Shown: positions 1 through 8,043 of the stretch, piece after piece
How the letters are laid out: each line of letters starts with the position of its first letter
Numbering within the stretch: position 1 is the stretch's first letter
Assembly (NCBI GenBank): GCA_964624735.1
Contig: CAZUXN010000002.1
Span: 1 to 43,282, forward strand
From: Candidatus Woesearchaeota archaeon
Lineage (GTDB): Archaea; Nanobdellota; Nanobdellia; Pacearchaeales; GW2011-AR1
Length of the DNA: 43,282 bases
Reading direction: 5' to 3'
Translations under genes and position numbers: made by a program
The notes under the pieces: model-generated
Told to the model about the DNA's origin: nothing
What the model saw: only the letters and a program-made list of their open reading frames with translations
Databases searched by the model: none

Positions 1-2101
1 CTTGAGGAGCTCTATAACCGGGATCCGGGTTAACCATAGAACCGTGCATAATTCTCCCATCTACCTTATTTGAAAGAGGATCAATCCCAACAATAGTAAC
101 GTTTCCTTTAGGGGTATCAGGAACAACCCAGTAGTCGCCGTTTGCAAACTGGCCGTACTGCACTGGCTCTGAAAATGTCCATGTTATTCCAAACTGTGAA
201 AGCTGGGTTGTGTAATTTCCTAAAACAACTTCGCAACTCCCATCAACACAAACATTTCCTCCTGAACATGTTCCGCAATTTAATGTTCCTCCGCAGCCAT
301 CAATCCAAGTTCCACATTCCTGACCTAAACTTGTACATGTTTCTGGAATACAATTTTCAACACAAACACTTGGCTCTTCTGAACAGCTCCATCCACTCTC
401 AACTTGACAAATATCTGAACATCCATCACCATTATTTAAATTATTATCATCACAATTTTCTCCTGTATCTATAATTCCATCACCGCATTCAATATTTATT
501 ATTTCAATACAGCTTCCTCCTTGCAATTCACAATTTCCTAAATCACAGACATCATCATTACATTCTAATTCATAATAATCATTACAATTAGTTATTCTAT
601 TATTGCATAATTCTTCTTGTGTTACACAATCTTCTCCTCCGAACATAGGGTCATAATAACAATCTGGACAATCATTTTTGCATTTATTATAATTACAATT
701 AATTCCCCAAAATAATTCACAATCAGAACAACTATTGCATGTTTTTTCTAAACATCCTGTTATTGAACAATATTCATAACTCTCACACAATTCATCATCA
801 GGAATATTTTCACATCCAATTAAACTACTACAGCTATCAACTGTGCAGGTTATTGAATCATCACAATTAATTAAACTTCCTTCACATATTCCATTTAAAC
901 ACTGATCATTTTCAGTGCATAAATCATTATCATTACATGAATTTAAATTATATTCTATAGTGCATTCTCCTAAACTGCAGATTTCATCTGTACATTTATT
1001 TCCATCATCAGGACAATCTTCATCTAATATACATGAACAAGAACTTATATCAAACTTACAAGAATCTGTTGTTTCATTGCAGTAAGGGACTGAACAAGTT
1101 AGATTATCATCTTCACAAATTTTTGGTTCTCCATAACATAATCCTCCTAAACAAACATCACTTATTGTGCAGAATAAGCTGTCATCACATATTGTATTAT
1201 CTAACTGATTTTCTTCACTGATATTTATCCATTCTGTTTCATTTATAAGATTATAATCACATGTGCTTAAAGTTAAATTACAATAATAATCTCTATTCTC
1301 TTGTTTTGTCTGATTTATTATTGTGCACGAGCTATTTATTATCTGAGAAACATTATACCAATTATCTTCTGAACACTGAGTATCATTTATGCATTGTAAG
1401 ATACAAATTCCTTCCTGACATGTTTTTTCTTCTTCACATTGACCACAGCTTCCACCACAACCATCATCTCCGCAGTTTTTATTTTCACAATTAGGTGTGC
1501 ATGTTGAAGGAGAAGAAGATGACCCTCCTCCATTACTTCCCCCACCTCCAGGACTAGGAGTTGTTTTTGTTGTGTCTAAACTAGGTGAATCAATTGCATC
1601 TCCTGATTCTGTTTTATATTCAAAAACAACACTTACTTCTTCTATATTTTTAAAATTCTCCAAACCTAAATCTTGTGCATTAATCTGATAATCATAATTT
1701 CCTTCAAACTGTTTTCCTAAAATCCAGTCTATAAATCCTTTTTTTAATGGAATACTTATCTCCTGAATTCCTTCATCTGTCTCATAACCATAATTATTTT
1801 TTCCTGACTTAAAAACAAACTTTATTTTTGTTATGTTTTTATTTAAACTTCCTCCTGCTAATTTTAAATAAGATAATCTTCCATCCTCGCTTAACAAAGC
1901 AGATTCTATATTTGCTCCAATGCCAAGAGTTTTTTCAGGAGTTTTGTAATACTGATAAAAAGAAAATAAAAGAAAAATTATAATAATCAAAAGAACAGAA
2001 ATAATTGGAACAACAAAGAATTTTTTGAGTTTCTGGCTTCTTTTGCTTTTCTCTAATTTTTTTAAAATATCTATAGTTTCTTCTTTTTTTGAATCTTGCA
2101 T
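1..2101 (-). CDS. Cysteine-rich membrane-anchored surface protein, N-terminal 700 codons (3' end lies beyond position 1)
   Basis: Own minus-strand translation from ATG 2101-2099: MQDSKKEETIDILKKLEKSKRSQKLKKFFVVPIISVLLIIIIFLLF (TM anchor), then a G/S/P linker (TPSPGGGGSNGGGSSSSPS). The frame stays open to position 1 and is packed with Cys motifs, incl. CGDGIIDTGENCDDNNLNNGDGCSDICQVESGWSC (Myxococcus-type Cys-rich repeat pattern). Absent from the ORF track because there is no stop in the window. Confidence 0.8.
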   Translation of the reverse strand, partial: MQDSKKEETIDILKKLEKSKRSQKLKKFFVVPIISVLLIIIIFLLFSFYQYYKTPEKTLGIGANIESALLSEDGRLSYLKLAGGSLNKNITKIKFVFKSGKNNYGYETDEGIQEISIPLKKGFIDWILGKQFEGNYDYQINAQDLGLENFKNIEEVSVVFEYKTESGDAIDSPSLDTTKTTPSPGGGGSNGGGSSSSPSTCTPNCENKNCGDDGCGGSCGQCEEEKTCQEGICILQCINDTQCSEDNWYNVSQIINSSCTIINQTKQENRDYYCNLTLSTCDYNLINETEWINISEENQLDNTICDDSLFCTISDVCLGGLCYGEPKICEDDNLTCSVPYCNETTDSCKFDISSCSCILDEDCPDDGNKCTDEICSLGECTIEYNLNSCNDNDLCTENDQCLNGICEGSLINCDDSITCTVDSCSSLIGCENIPDDELCESYEYCSITGCLEKTCNSCSDCELFWGINCNYNKCKNDCPDCYYDPMFGGEDCVTQEELCNNRITNCNDYYELECNDDVCDLGNCELQGGSCIEIINIECGDGIIDTGENCDDNNLNNGDGCSDICQVESGWSCSEEPSVCVENCIPETCTSLGQECGTWIDGCGGTLNCGTCSGGNVCVDGSCEVVLGNYTTQLSQFGITWTFSEPVQYGQFANGDYWVVPDTPKGNVTIVGIDPLSNKVDGRIMHGSMVNPDPGYRAPQ

Positions 2102-2152
2102 GAAAATTATAAAAAAAGAGAATATTTATATCTTTTCCTACAACAGCCATTC

Positions 2153-2365
2153 CTATAAAGTGATAAATTTTATCTTTGTTTCTTTAAAAGTTTTTATTGC
2201 TTCAAAATCTTTTGTTATTATAATCCCATCTTTAAAACCAGGTTCTTTTGCACATACGACTAATTCTTTTATTTCTCTTTCTTTAGTTTCTTCATCTTTT
2301 AATTCATATACTACCTGAATAAATTTTTTACATTTAATCTTTTTCTAATAACAAAGTCTATTTCT
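2153..2365 (-). pseudogene. C-terminal remnant of a DUF4143-type AAA ATPase (frameshifted, no start)
   Basis: Minus strand reads ..EIDFVIRK, then in another frame KKFIQVVYELKDEETKEREIKELVVCAKEPGFKDGIIITKDFEAIKTFKETKIKFITL*. This resembles the recalled C-terminal pattern of archaeal DUF4143 ATPases. No ATG or upstream ORF. Confidence 0.4.
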
Positions 2366-2374
2366 GTACTTTGC

Positions 2375-2434
2375 TTATTCTTCCAAATCGTTGTCGAGTA
2401 TGGATTTTTCCTGGGCTTTTGATTTTCTTTTGAT
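2375..2434 (-). pseudogene. Orphan copy of the last ~19 codons of the Zn-ribbon/HTH gene at 19469..20269
   Basis: Minus strand reads KRKSKAQEKSILDNDLEE*, versus RRKSKAQEEALLGDDLELDEL* at the real gene end. Includes an 18-nt exact match TGGGCTTTTGATTTTCTT (2412-2429 = 19515-19532). Confidence 0.4.
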
Positions 2435-2486
2435 ATTAGGAATTAGGGGTAATTTTATAAATTGGGATTTCTGTTAATGTTTGTAT

Positions 2487-2612
2487 GAGGCTGTGGCGCA
2501 GCCCGGTAGCGCACCGCTCTGATAAGTACGAACTTGTTCGTTCATTTGCGAAATCATCGTTCACGAGATTTCAGAAAGGCGGGGGTCCCAGGTTCAAATC
2601 CTGGCAGTCTCA
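2487..2612 (+). tRNA. tRNA-Ile (anticodon GAU) with a ~52-nt intron at the canonical 37/38 position
   Basis: Hand fold: acceptor GAGGCTG/CAGTCTC, D arm GCGC-AGCCCGGTA-GCGC, anticodon stem CCGCT/GGCGG, loop CTGATAA (GAT at 2521-2523), T arm CCAGG-TTCAAAT-CCTGG, discriminator A2612, no encoded CCA. Intron ~2525-2576. Loop CTGA (2519-2522) pairs with TCAG (2571-2574), leaving an AAA bulge next to the stem (BHB-like). Confidence 0.85.
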
Positions 2613-2639
2613 TGTTCGAACCTGGGAGCATAGGGTCCC

Positions 2640-2723
2640 TGCTCACGATTTGCATTTTCGAAAGATAGTGAATTTAAATTCGAAAAAGCGAATCGTTCGG
2701 GTTCAAAGACCTGGCAGTCTCAT
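2640..2723 (+). pseudogene. Degenerate duplicate of the intron 3' part plus 3' exon of the adjacent tRNA-Ile
   Basis: Ends in the same 14 nt CCTGGCAGTCTCAT (2600-2613 = 2710-2723). AAGCGAATCGTTCGGGTTCAAAGACCTGG parallels AGGCGGGGGTCCCAGGTTCAAATCCTGG, but the T arm needs G-U pairs and an 8-nt loop, and there is no 5' half. Confidence 0.5.
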
Positions 2724-2772
2724 TGGTGGGATTGAAGGGAAGTTTTAAAAAGCAAATTTTGATAATGAGGAT

Positions 2773-3339
2773 ATGGGAATTACAAAATATTTGAGGGCGG
2801 CGTGGAAAAAACCCGACGTGAAAGTTTTGAGAACGCGGATGATTGAGTGGCGGAAGGGAGAGGCTATTACTCGAGTTAAGAAGCCGTCGAGGCTGGATAG
2901 GGCGCGGGCGTTGGGATACAAAGCGAAGAAAGGGGTGAGTGTTGTTAGAGTTAAAATTAAACGAGGTGGGCATAAGAGGACGAGACCAAATAAGGCGAGG
3001 CGGACTAAGAGATTGCATATTAGAAAGAATTTGAATATGAATTATAAGGAAATTGTGGAGCAAAAAGTTGCGAGGAGATTTAGTAATATGGAAGTTTTGG
3101 GTTCGTATTGGATTGGGAAAGATGGGATGAATTATTTTTATGAGGTTATTTTGGTTGACAGAAATGAGCCGGGAATTTTGAATGATAAAGAATTGGGAGC
3201 TTTTGTGAAGGCGCCGAAAAGGGGAGCGTTGAGAGGATTGACTTCTGCCGGCAGAAAAGCGAGAGGATTGAGGAATTCGGCGATTAAGGTTTCGAAAGTA
3301 TGTCCGTCGCTGAGGGCGAATAAGAGAAGAAGTAATTAA
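2773..3339 (+). CDS. rpl15e: 50S ribosomal protein L15e (eL15)
   Basis: 188 aa, MGITKYLRAAWKKPD..., very basic. Overall eL15 pattern and typical length. Confidence 0.9.
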   Translation: MGITKYLRAAWKKPDVKVLRTRMIEWRKGEAITRVKKPSRLDRARALGYKAKKGVSVVRVKIKRGGHKRTRPNKARRTKRLHIRKNLNMNYKEIVEQKVARRFSNMEVLGSYWIGKDGMNYFYEVILVDRNEPGILNDKELGAFVKAPKRGALRGLTSAGRKARGLRNSAIKVSKVCPSLRANKRRSN

Positions 3340-3349
3340 GTTTAAGTAA

Positions 3350-3673
3350 TTATATTTTCTGGTTGAGCCATTGTTTGATTGTGGCTTCTGGTTGGGCTCC
3401 TGTAAACTCATCTACTACTTTTCCGTCTTTGAAGAATTTTACAGAGGGGATAGACATTATTCCGTATTTGCTGGCTTGGGTTTGGTTTTTTTCTGTTTCG
3501 GCTTTTGCTAAGATTAGTTTGCCTTCATATTCTATTGCGATTTTTTCTAAGACTGGTCCGAGCATCATACACGGTCCACACCAGCTTGCCCAGAAGTCCA
3601 CAAGAACTGGGATTGTTTTTGATTTTTCTATTACTTCTTTTTCGAAGGTTTCGTCGGTTACATTGAGTTCCAT
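3350..3673 (-). CDS. trxA: Thioredoxin
   Basis: 107 aa with WCGPC active site (DFWASWCGPCMM) and thioredoxin-fold length. Confidence 0.9.
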   Translation of the reverse strand: MELNVTDETFEKEVIEKSKTIPVLVDFWASWCGPCMMLGPVLEKIAIEYEGKLILAKAETEKNQTQASKYGIMSIPSVKFFKDGKVVDEFTGAQPEATIKQWLNQKI

Positions 3674-3849
3674 TGTGTTGATAAATATTTATTTTTTATA
3701 AAGGTTTGGGAATTGCGCTAACTCGGAAGATATTTAATTGGGAGATTATTTATTTTATTATGGATTATAATGAAATTTGGAGGCAGATGTTTAGATTGGG
3801 AAGCTTACGCTAAAGCGATAGCTTGCTCAAAAATCTAAAGATTTTTTGG

Positions 3850-5607
3850 ATGGATTATTCAAAGATTTGCAGTGTTTATGCTGCATTAGAAGGAACGAGT
3901 AAGGGATTGGAGAAGACGGATATATTGGCGAAATTTTTAAGGAGGATTCGTGATGAGCCGGAGTTGATTTATCTTTTGCAGGGTCGGGTGTTTGCGGATT
4001 ATGATAATCGGGAATTGGGGATTTCGCATCAATTGATTATTAAGGCGATTGGTCGGGTGGCTGGAATTGGTGAGGATGTTGTTGTTGAGAAGTTTAAGGA
4101 ACTTGGGGATTTGGGGAAAGTTGTCGAGGCTGTTTTGGGAAGCAAAAAAAAACAAAAGGTTTTGTTTAAAGAAAAGTTGAGCGTTGAGAAGGTGATGGAG
4201 AATTTGCGGAAGGTTCCGACTTTTGAGGGGAAAGGGACTGTTGATTTGAAGATTGGGTTGATTGTTGAGTTGTTGCATTCGGCGACGCCGGAGGAAGCGA
4301 GGTATATTGTGCGGACTGTTTTGGGTGATTTGAAGATTGGGGTTGGTTCTGGGATTTTGAGGGACGCGATTGTTGTGTATTGTTTTGAGCCTAAAAATTT
4401 GGAAGACAAAAAGATTTGTGTTAAGGCTGTTCAGGAGGCGTATGATAAGGCGACAGATTTTGCTGAAGTTTTTGCGAAGGCGCGTGATGATTTGCTGGAG
4501 AAGATTAAGTTGGAGCCCGGGAAACCTGTGAAAGTTATGTTGTTTCCGAAGGCGAAGGATGTTGAAGATGCGTTTCGGATTGTTGGTCGGCCGGCGGCGT
4601 TTGAATATAAGTATGATGGGTTTAGAGTTATGGTGAATAAAACAGATGGCAGAGGACAGAGGGCAGAAGACAGGGTTAAGATTTTTACTCGTCGACTTGA
4701 GGAGGTTACTAAGCAGTTTCCTGAGATTGTTGAGTATGTTAATAGTTATGTGAAGGGAGAGAGTTTTATTTTGGATTGTGAGGTTGTTGGGTTTGATGCT
4801 GGGACTGGGAAGTATACGAATTTTCAGGCGATTAGTCAGAGGATTAAACGGAAGCATAGGATTGGTGAAATGATGGCGAAGTTGCCGGTTGAGTTGACAA
4901 TTTTTGATGTGATTTATTATGATGGGATTAGTTTGATTGAGACGGCGTTTAGCGAGAGGCGGGCTTTGATTGAAAAGATTGTTAGTGAGGACGAGAAGAG
5001 GATTGTTTTGGCGAAGCAGATTGTGACTGGCGACGATAAAGTTGTTGAGAAATTTTACGAGGAGGCGTTGAGTGAGAATCAGGAGGGATTGATGGGGAAG
5101 AGTTTGTCGGCGCCGTATAAACCTGGGGCTCGGATTGGTTATGCGGTGAAATTGAAGCCGGAGGATAATGATTTTGATTTGGTGATTATCGGGGCTGAGT
5201 GGGGGACGGGGAAGCGGGCTGGGTGGTTGACGAGTTTTGATGTGGCTTGTCAAAACTCGTCGCAGGTCGCAGGTCGCGATTCGCTGGTCGATGGGGAAGA
5301 TTTGAGCAGCAAAGGGAAGTTGTTGCAGGTTGGGAAAGTGTCGACGGGGTTGAAAGAGAAGCCCGAAGAAGGTTTGAGCTTTAAGGAGATGACTGATATG
5401 TTGGAGAAGTTGGTTGTTGAAGTTAAGGGGCGGAAGATTAAGGTTCGACCGGAGATTGTTGTGACGGTTCAGTATCAGAATGTGCAGAGGTCGCCGACGT
5501 ATTCTTCGGGTTATGCTTTGAGGTTTCCGAGGATTTTGGGGTTGAGGGAGGATAGGGGTGTTTCGGATATTGCGACGCTGGATGAAGTTGAGGAGGAAGC
5601 GGTTTGA
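3850..5607 (+). CDS. lig: ATP-dependent DNA ligase
   Basis: Adenylation motif EYKYDGFRV, and a DNA-binding/adenylation/OB order typical of archaeal Lig. The start is moved to MDYSKI (ATG 3850) rather than the track's upstream codon. Contains two repeat-derived inserts (see repeats). Confidence 0.9.
   Translation: MDYSKICSVYAALEGTSKGLEKTDILAKFLRRIRDEPELIYLLQGRVFADYDNRELGISHQLIIKAIGRVAGIGEDVVVEKFKELGDLGKVVEAVLGSKKKQKVLFKEKLSVEKVMENLRKVPTFEGKGTVDLKIGLIVELLHSATPEEARYIVRTVLGDLKIGVGSGILRDAIVVYCFEPKNLEDKKICVKAVQEAYDKATDFAEVFAKARDDLLEKIKLEPGKPVKVMLFPKAKDVEDAFRIVGRPAAFEYKYDGFRVMVNKTDGRGQRAEDRVKIFTRRLEEVTKQFPEIVEYVNSYVKGESFILDCEVVGFDAGTGKYTNFQAISQRIKRKHRIGEMMAKLPVELTIFDVIYYDGISLIETAFSERRALIEKIVSEDEKRIVLAKQIVTGDDKVVEKFYEEALSENQEGLMGKSLSAPYKPGARIGYAVKLKPEDNDFDLVIIGAEWGTGKRAGWLTSFDVACQNSSQVAGRDSLVDGEDLSSKGKLLQVGKVSTGLKEKPEEGLSFKEMTDMLEKLVVEVKGRKIKVRPEIVVTVQYQNVQRSPTYSSGYALRFPRILGLREDRGVSDIATLDEVEEEAV
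4641..4675. repeat. 7-nt-period array (AACAGAT GGCAGAG GACAGAG GGCAGAA GACAGGG) inside lig
   Basis: Read directly. Encodes ..TDGRGQRAEDR.. just after the KYDGFR motif, where Pyrococcus ligase (recalled: VHKDGDKIIVYSRRLE) is about 7 aa shorter. Confidence 0.7.
5229..5294. repeat. 12-bp perfect fold-back hairpin plus five 7-nt units inside lig
   Basis: GACGAGTTTTGA (5229-5240) / TCAAAACTCGTC (5250-5261) with a 9-nt loop, then TCGCAGG TCGCAGG TCGCGAT TCGCTGG TCGATGG (5260-5294). In frame (..QNSSQVAGRDSLVDGE..). Confidence 0.85.
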
Positions 5608-5750
5608 GGTCGCTGAGGGTTGCGACTTTGTCGCGATGGTTGGCATCTTTGATATCTGGGTCGGAAACGTTTATAAAGGAAATTTTTTATAGTATTTGAT
5701 GACAGTGGCGAAAAAAGTAAATTCTCTTGGAATTTTCATGTTTCCATTTT

Positions 5751-6350
5751 ATGTCTAAAATGAAAAAAGATACTTTTTTGAAGATTCAGAATATTGTTGC
5801 GACGACTTCTTTGGAAAAGGATGTTTCGTTGACGAAATTGGCGAGGACGCAGCCGAATACTGAGTATAATCCTGATACTTTTCCCGGGTTGGTTTTGAGG
5901 GTGAAGAAGCCGAAGAGTGCGGTTTTGGTTTTCTCGTCGGGGAATTTGGTTTGTACTGGGACAAAGTCGGTTGCGCAGGTTAAGGATGTTGTTCAGCAGG
6001 TGATTAGGCAGTTGAGGAAGATCGGGGTGAATGTGACGATTAAGCCGAAGATTACGGTGCAGAATGTTGTCGCGTCTGGGTCTATTGATTTGGATTTGAA
6101 TTTGAATGTTTTGGCTTTGGAGTTGGAAAATACGGAATATGAGCCGGAGCAATTTCCGGGGTTGGTTTACAAGTTGGATAATCCGACGGCGACTTTCTTG
6201 TTGTTTAGTAATGGGAAGTTGGTTTGTACTGGGACGAAGAATCGGGCGCAGTTAGATGATTCGATTGTGCAGTTAAATAAGAATGTTCGGGCGGCGTTGA
6301 AGAGGATTAAGGAGATGAGGAAGAAGAAGGGCGGGGAAGACGAATTTTAA
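5751..6350 (+). CDS. tbp: TATA-box binding protein
   Basis: Two TBP repeats (QNIVATTSL..FPGLVLR.. and QNVVASGSI..FPGLVYK..). Start set at MSKMKKD (ATG 5751). TATA-like TTTATAAA ~70 nt upstream. Confidence 0.9.
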   Translation: MSKMKKDTFLKIQNIVATTSLEKDVSLTKLARTQPNTEYNPDTFPGLVLRVKKPKSAVLVFSSGNLVCTGTKSVAQVKDVVQQVIRQLRKIGVNVTIKPKITVQNVVASGSIDLDLNLNVLALELENTEYEPEQFPGLVYKLDNPTATFLLFSNGKLVCTGTKNRAQLDDSIVQLNKNVRAALKRIKEMRKKKGGEDEF

Positions 6351-6507
6351 TTAAGGTGATATTGCCTTCGGTAATGGGAATATATTTTTAACATGGTGAT
6401 AATTTTTCTTTGAAAGATTGGGGGTGTGCCTTTGGCACGGAGCTTGGCTATTGATATGTGTTGTGGAGGGTAATAGTCTTTATATAGAGTTGATTTGTTT
6501 TTTAAGT

Positions 6508-7473
6508 ATGAATGGCGAGGTGTTAATTCTTGCTGACCCGAAGGGGAATGCTTGGGATTTTGCGAAGAGCGTTTATGAGAAGTTGAATTCTAATCATGAG
6601 CGACTTGTGAAGTATCATCTTGGGAAAGTTGAGATTCGGAAGTTTAACGATGGTGAGATTTTTGTGAAGGTGTTGGTTAGTGTTCGGAAGAAGAGTTGTT
6701 TTTTTGTGCATGATTCGTCGATGGCGCCGCAAGATTGGGTTATGTCTTTGGTTGAAGTTAATGATGCGTTGGCTCGGAGTTCGGCTGAGATGATTTACAA
6801 TGTTTTGCCTTATATGAAATATTCGCGGCAGGAAAGGATGACTGAACCTCGGACGCCGATTAGTTCTGGTGTTTTGGCTGAGATGATTGGGTTGAAGTCT
6901 GACGGGGTGATAACTACTGATTTGCATAATCCTGCTATTACTGGGTCTTATAAAATTCCTTTTGATAATTTAAGAGCATATCTGACGATAATAAAATATC
7001 TTCATTATAGGTATCCGGATTTTTTGAAAAATCTTGTGATTGTTGCGCCGGATGTTGGGAGTGCGGAGATGGCAAATTCTTATGCTAAGAGGCTTGGTGG
7101 GAATGTTGCGATTACGAGCAAATCTCGCGAGAGAGCTGGGGTTGTTGGTGAGATGAAAGTTATTGGGGATGTAAGCGGGAAAAATGTTTTGATTGTCGAC
7201 GATATAATCGATACGGCTGGGACGCTTTGTAAAGCGGCTGGGATTTTGAGGTATAAGGGGGCGCTTAATATTTGGGCATGTGCGACTCATGGACTTTTTA
7301 GTGGAGAGGCTTTGGGCAAGTTGGATGCTTCATGTCTTGATAAAATAATAGTCAGTGATTCGATCCCGCAGGGGAGTTTGGGTAAAGTGGAGATTGTTTC
7401 TTTGGTTGATTTGTTTGCTGAGACGATTGGGCGGATTGTTCATGGGCGGAGCGTGAGTGAATTGTTTCGGTGA
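6508..7473 (+). CDS. prs: Ribose-phosphate pyrophosphokinase (PRPP synthetase)
   Basis: PRPP-binding loop VLIVDDIIDTAGT, VIVAPDVGS, N-terminal Prs domain. Start moved to MNGEVLIL (ATG 6508). Confidence 0.85.
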   Translation: MNGEVLILADPKGNAWDFAKSVYEKLNSNHERLVKYHLGKVEIRKFNDGEIFVKVLVSVRKKSCFFVHDSSMAPQDWVMSLVEVNDALARSSAEMIYNVLPYMKYSRQERMTEPRTPISSGVLAEMIGLKSDGVITTDLHNPAITGSYKIPFDNLRAYLTIIKYLHYRYPDFLKNLVIVAPDVGSAEMANSYAKRLGGNVAITSKSRERAGVVGEMKVIGDVSGKNVLIVDDIIDTAGTLCKAAGILRYKGALNIWACATHGLFSGEALGKLDASCLDKIIVSDSIPQGSLGKVEIVSLVDLFAETIGRIVHGRSVSELFR

Positions 7474-7536
7474 AATAATTCACTCAAGGCAGTAGGCAAT
7501 AGGTTGCTTCGCTTGTGGGTAGTAGGTTTGAGATAG

Positions 7537-7563
7537 GGCAACTGTGGTTGCCTGAATATTTTT
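7537..7563 (+). terminator. Hairpin plus T-run downstream of prs
   Basis: GGCAAC-TGTG-GTTGCC (7537-7552) followed by TGAATATTTTT. Confidence 0.35.
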
Positions 7564-7614
7564 GACTTGTTCTGCTTAGGTTAATGTTTTAAAGATTGGA
7601 TTATTGTTTTTATT

Positions 7615-7989
7615 ATGGTGAAGTTTAGAGAGTATGTTACAGCGTCGGGGTTAAGGGTGTTTAGTGGGAAGAGTGCGGAGAGTAATGATGAGTTGGTTAA
7701 GGGGGCTGGGAAGAATGATGTGATGTTGCATACGGTTGAGCCCGGTAGCCCGTTTGTTAATGTTGGAGAGAAGCCGTCGAAGAAAGATTTGAAACAGGCG
7801 GCGATTTTTTGTGCGAGGTATTCTCAGGATTGGCGGGATGGAAAGAAGGATGTGGTTGTGAATGTGTTTTTGCGTCGGGATATGAAGAAGGGGATTTTTA
7901 TGAAGGCTGGGAGCTGGAGAGTTAAGAAGAGTGAGAGGATTGTTGTGAAGAAAGGGGATGTTTTGGGGTTTTGGAAGTATGATTATTAA
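7615..7989 (+). CDS. Small NFACT-R/DUF814 domain protein
   Basis: 124 aa. SGKSAESNDELV...DVMLHTVEPGSPFV matches the recalled DUF814 pattern (G.n..eNd.l......D.w.H....pGs.v). Confidence 0.6.
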   Translation: MVKFREYVTASGLRVFSGKSAESNDELVKGAGKNDVMLHTVEPGSPFVNVGEKPSKKDLKQAAIFCARYSQDWRDGKKDVVVNVFLRRDMKKGIFMKAGSWRVKKSERIVVKKGDVLGFWKYDY

Positions 7990-8043
7990 TTATTAAGTGA
8001 CTACAAACGAAATATTTATAAAGTTAAATTTGTGCTTGTTGAT

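Noticed and set aside
142-1688. Several 60-110-aa plus-strand ORFs in the first 1.7 kb.
   Set aside because: All are antisense to the continuous 700-codon Cys-rich CDS on the minus strand, and their translations look like H/L/N-rich noise.
2102-2486. Replication origin at the G/C-excess flip.
   Set aside because: I saw no ORB-like inverted repeats and no orc1/cdc6 nearby. The flip rests on a single compositionally odd gene, so it is mentioned only as a caveat.
2613-2640. A second tRNA suggested by the T-loop-like GTTCGAACCTGGGAGCA.
   Set aside because: I could not build an acceptor stem, D arm or anticodon arm on either strand. It is treated as a fragment.
2485-2748. 87-aa plus-strand ORF.
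   Set aside because: It is fully explained by the tRNA-Ile gene, its intron and the ghost 3' half.
3937-5646. 569-aa minus-strand ORF antisense to DNA ligase. Similar long shadow ORFs occur at 28035..29282, 29908..30531, 30571..31317, 10711..11286, 13025..13528 and 2674..3411.
   Set aside because: Their translations are low-complexity (P/N/R/L/Q/I rich) with no motifs. Each lies opposite a well-supported gene. Stop codons are rare there because the minus strand is T-poor.
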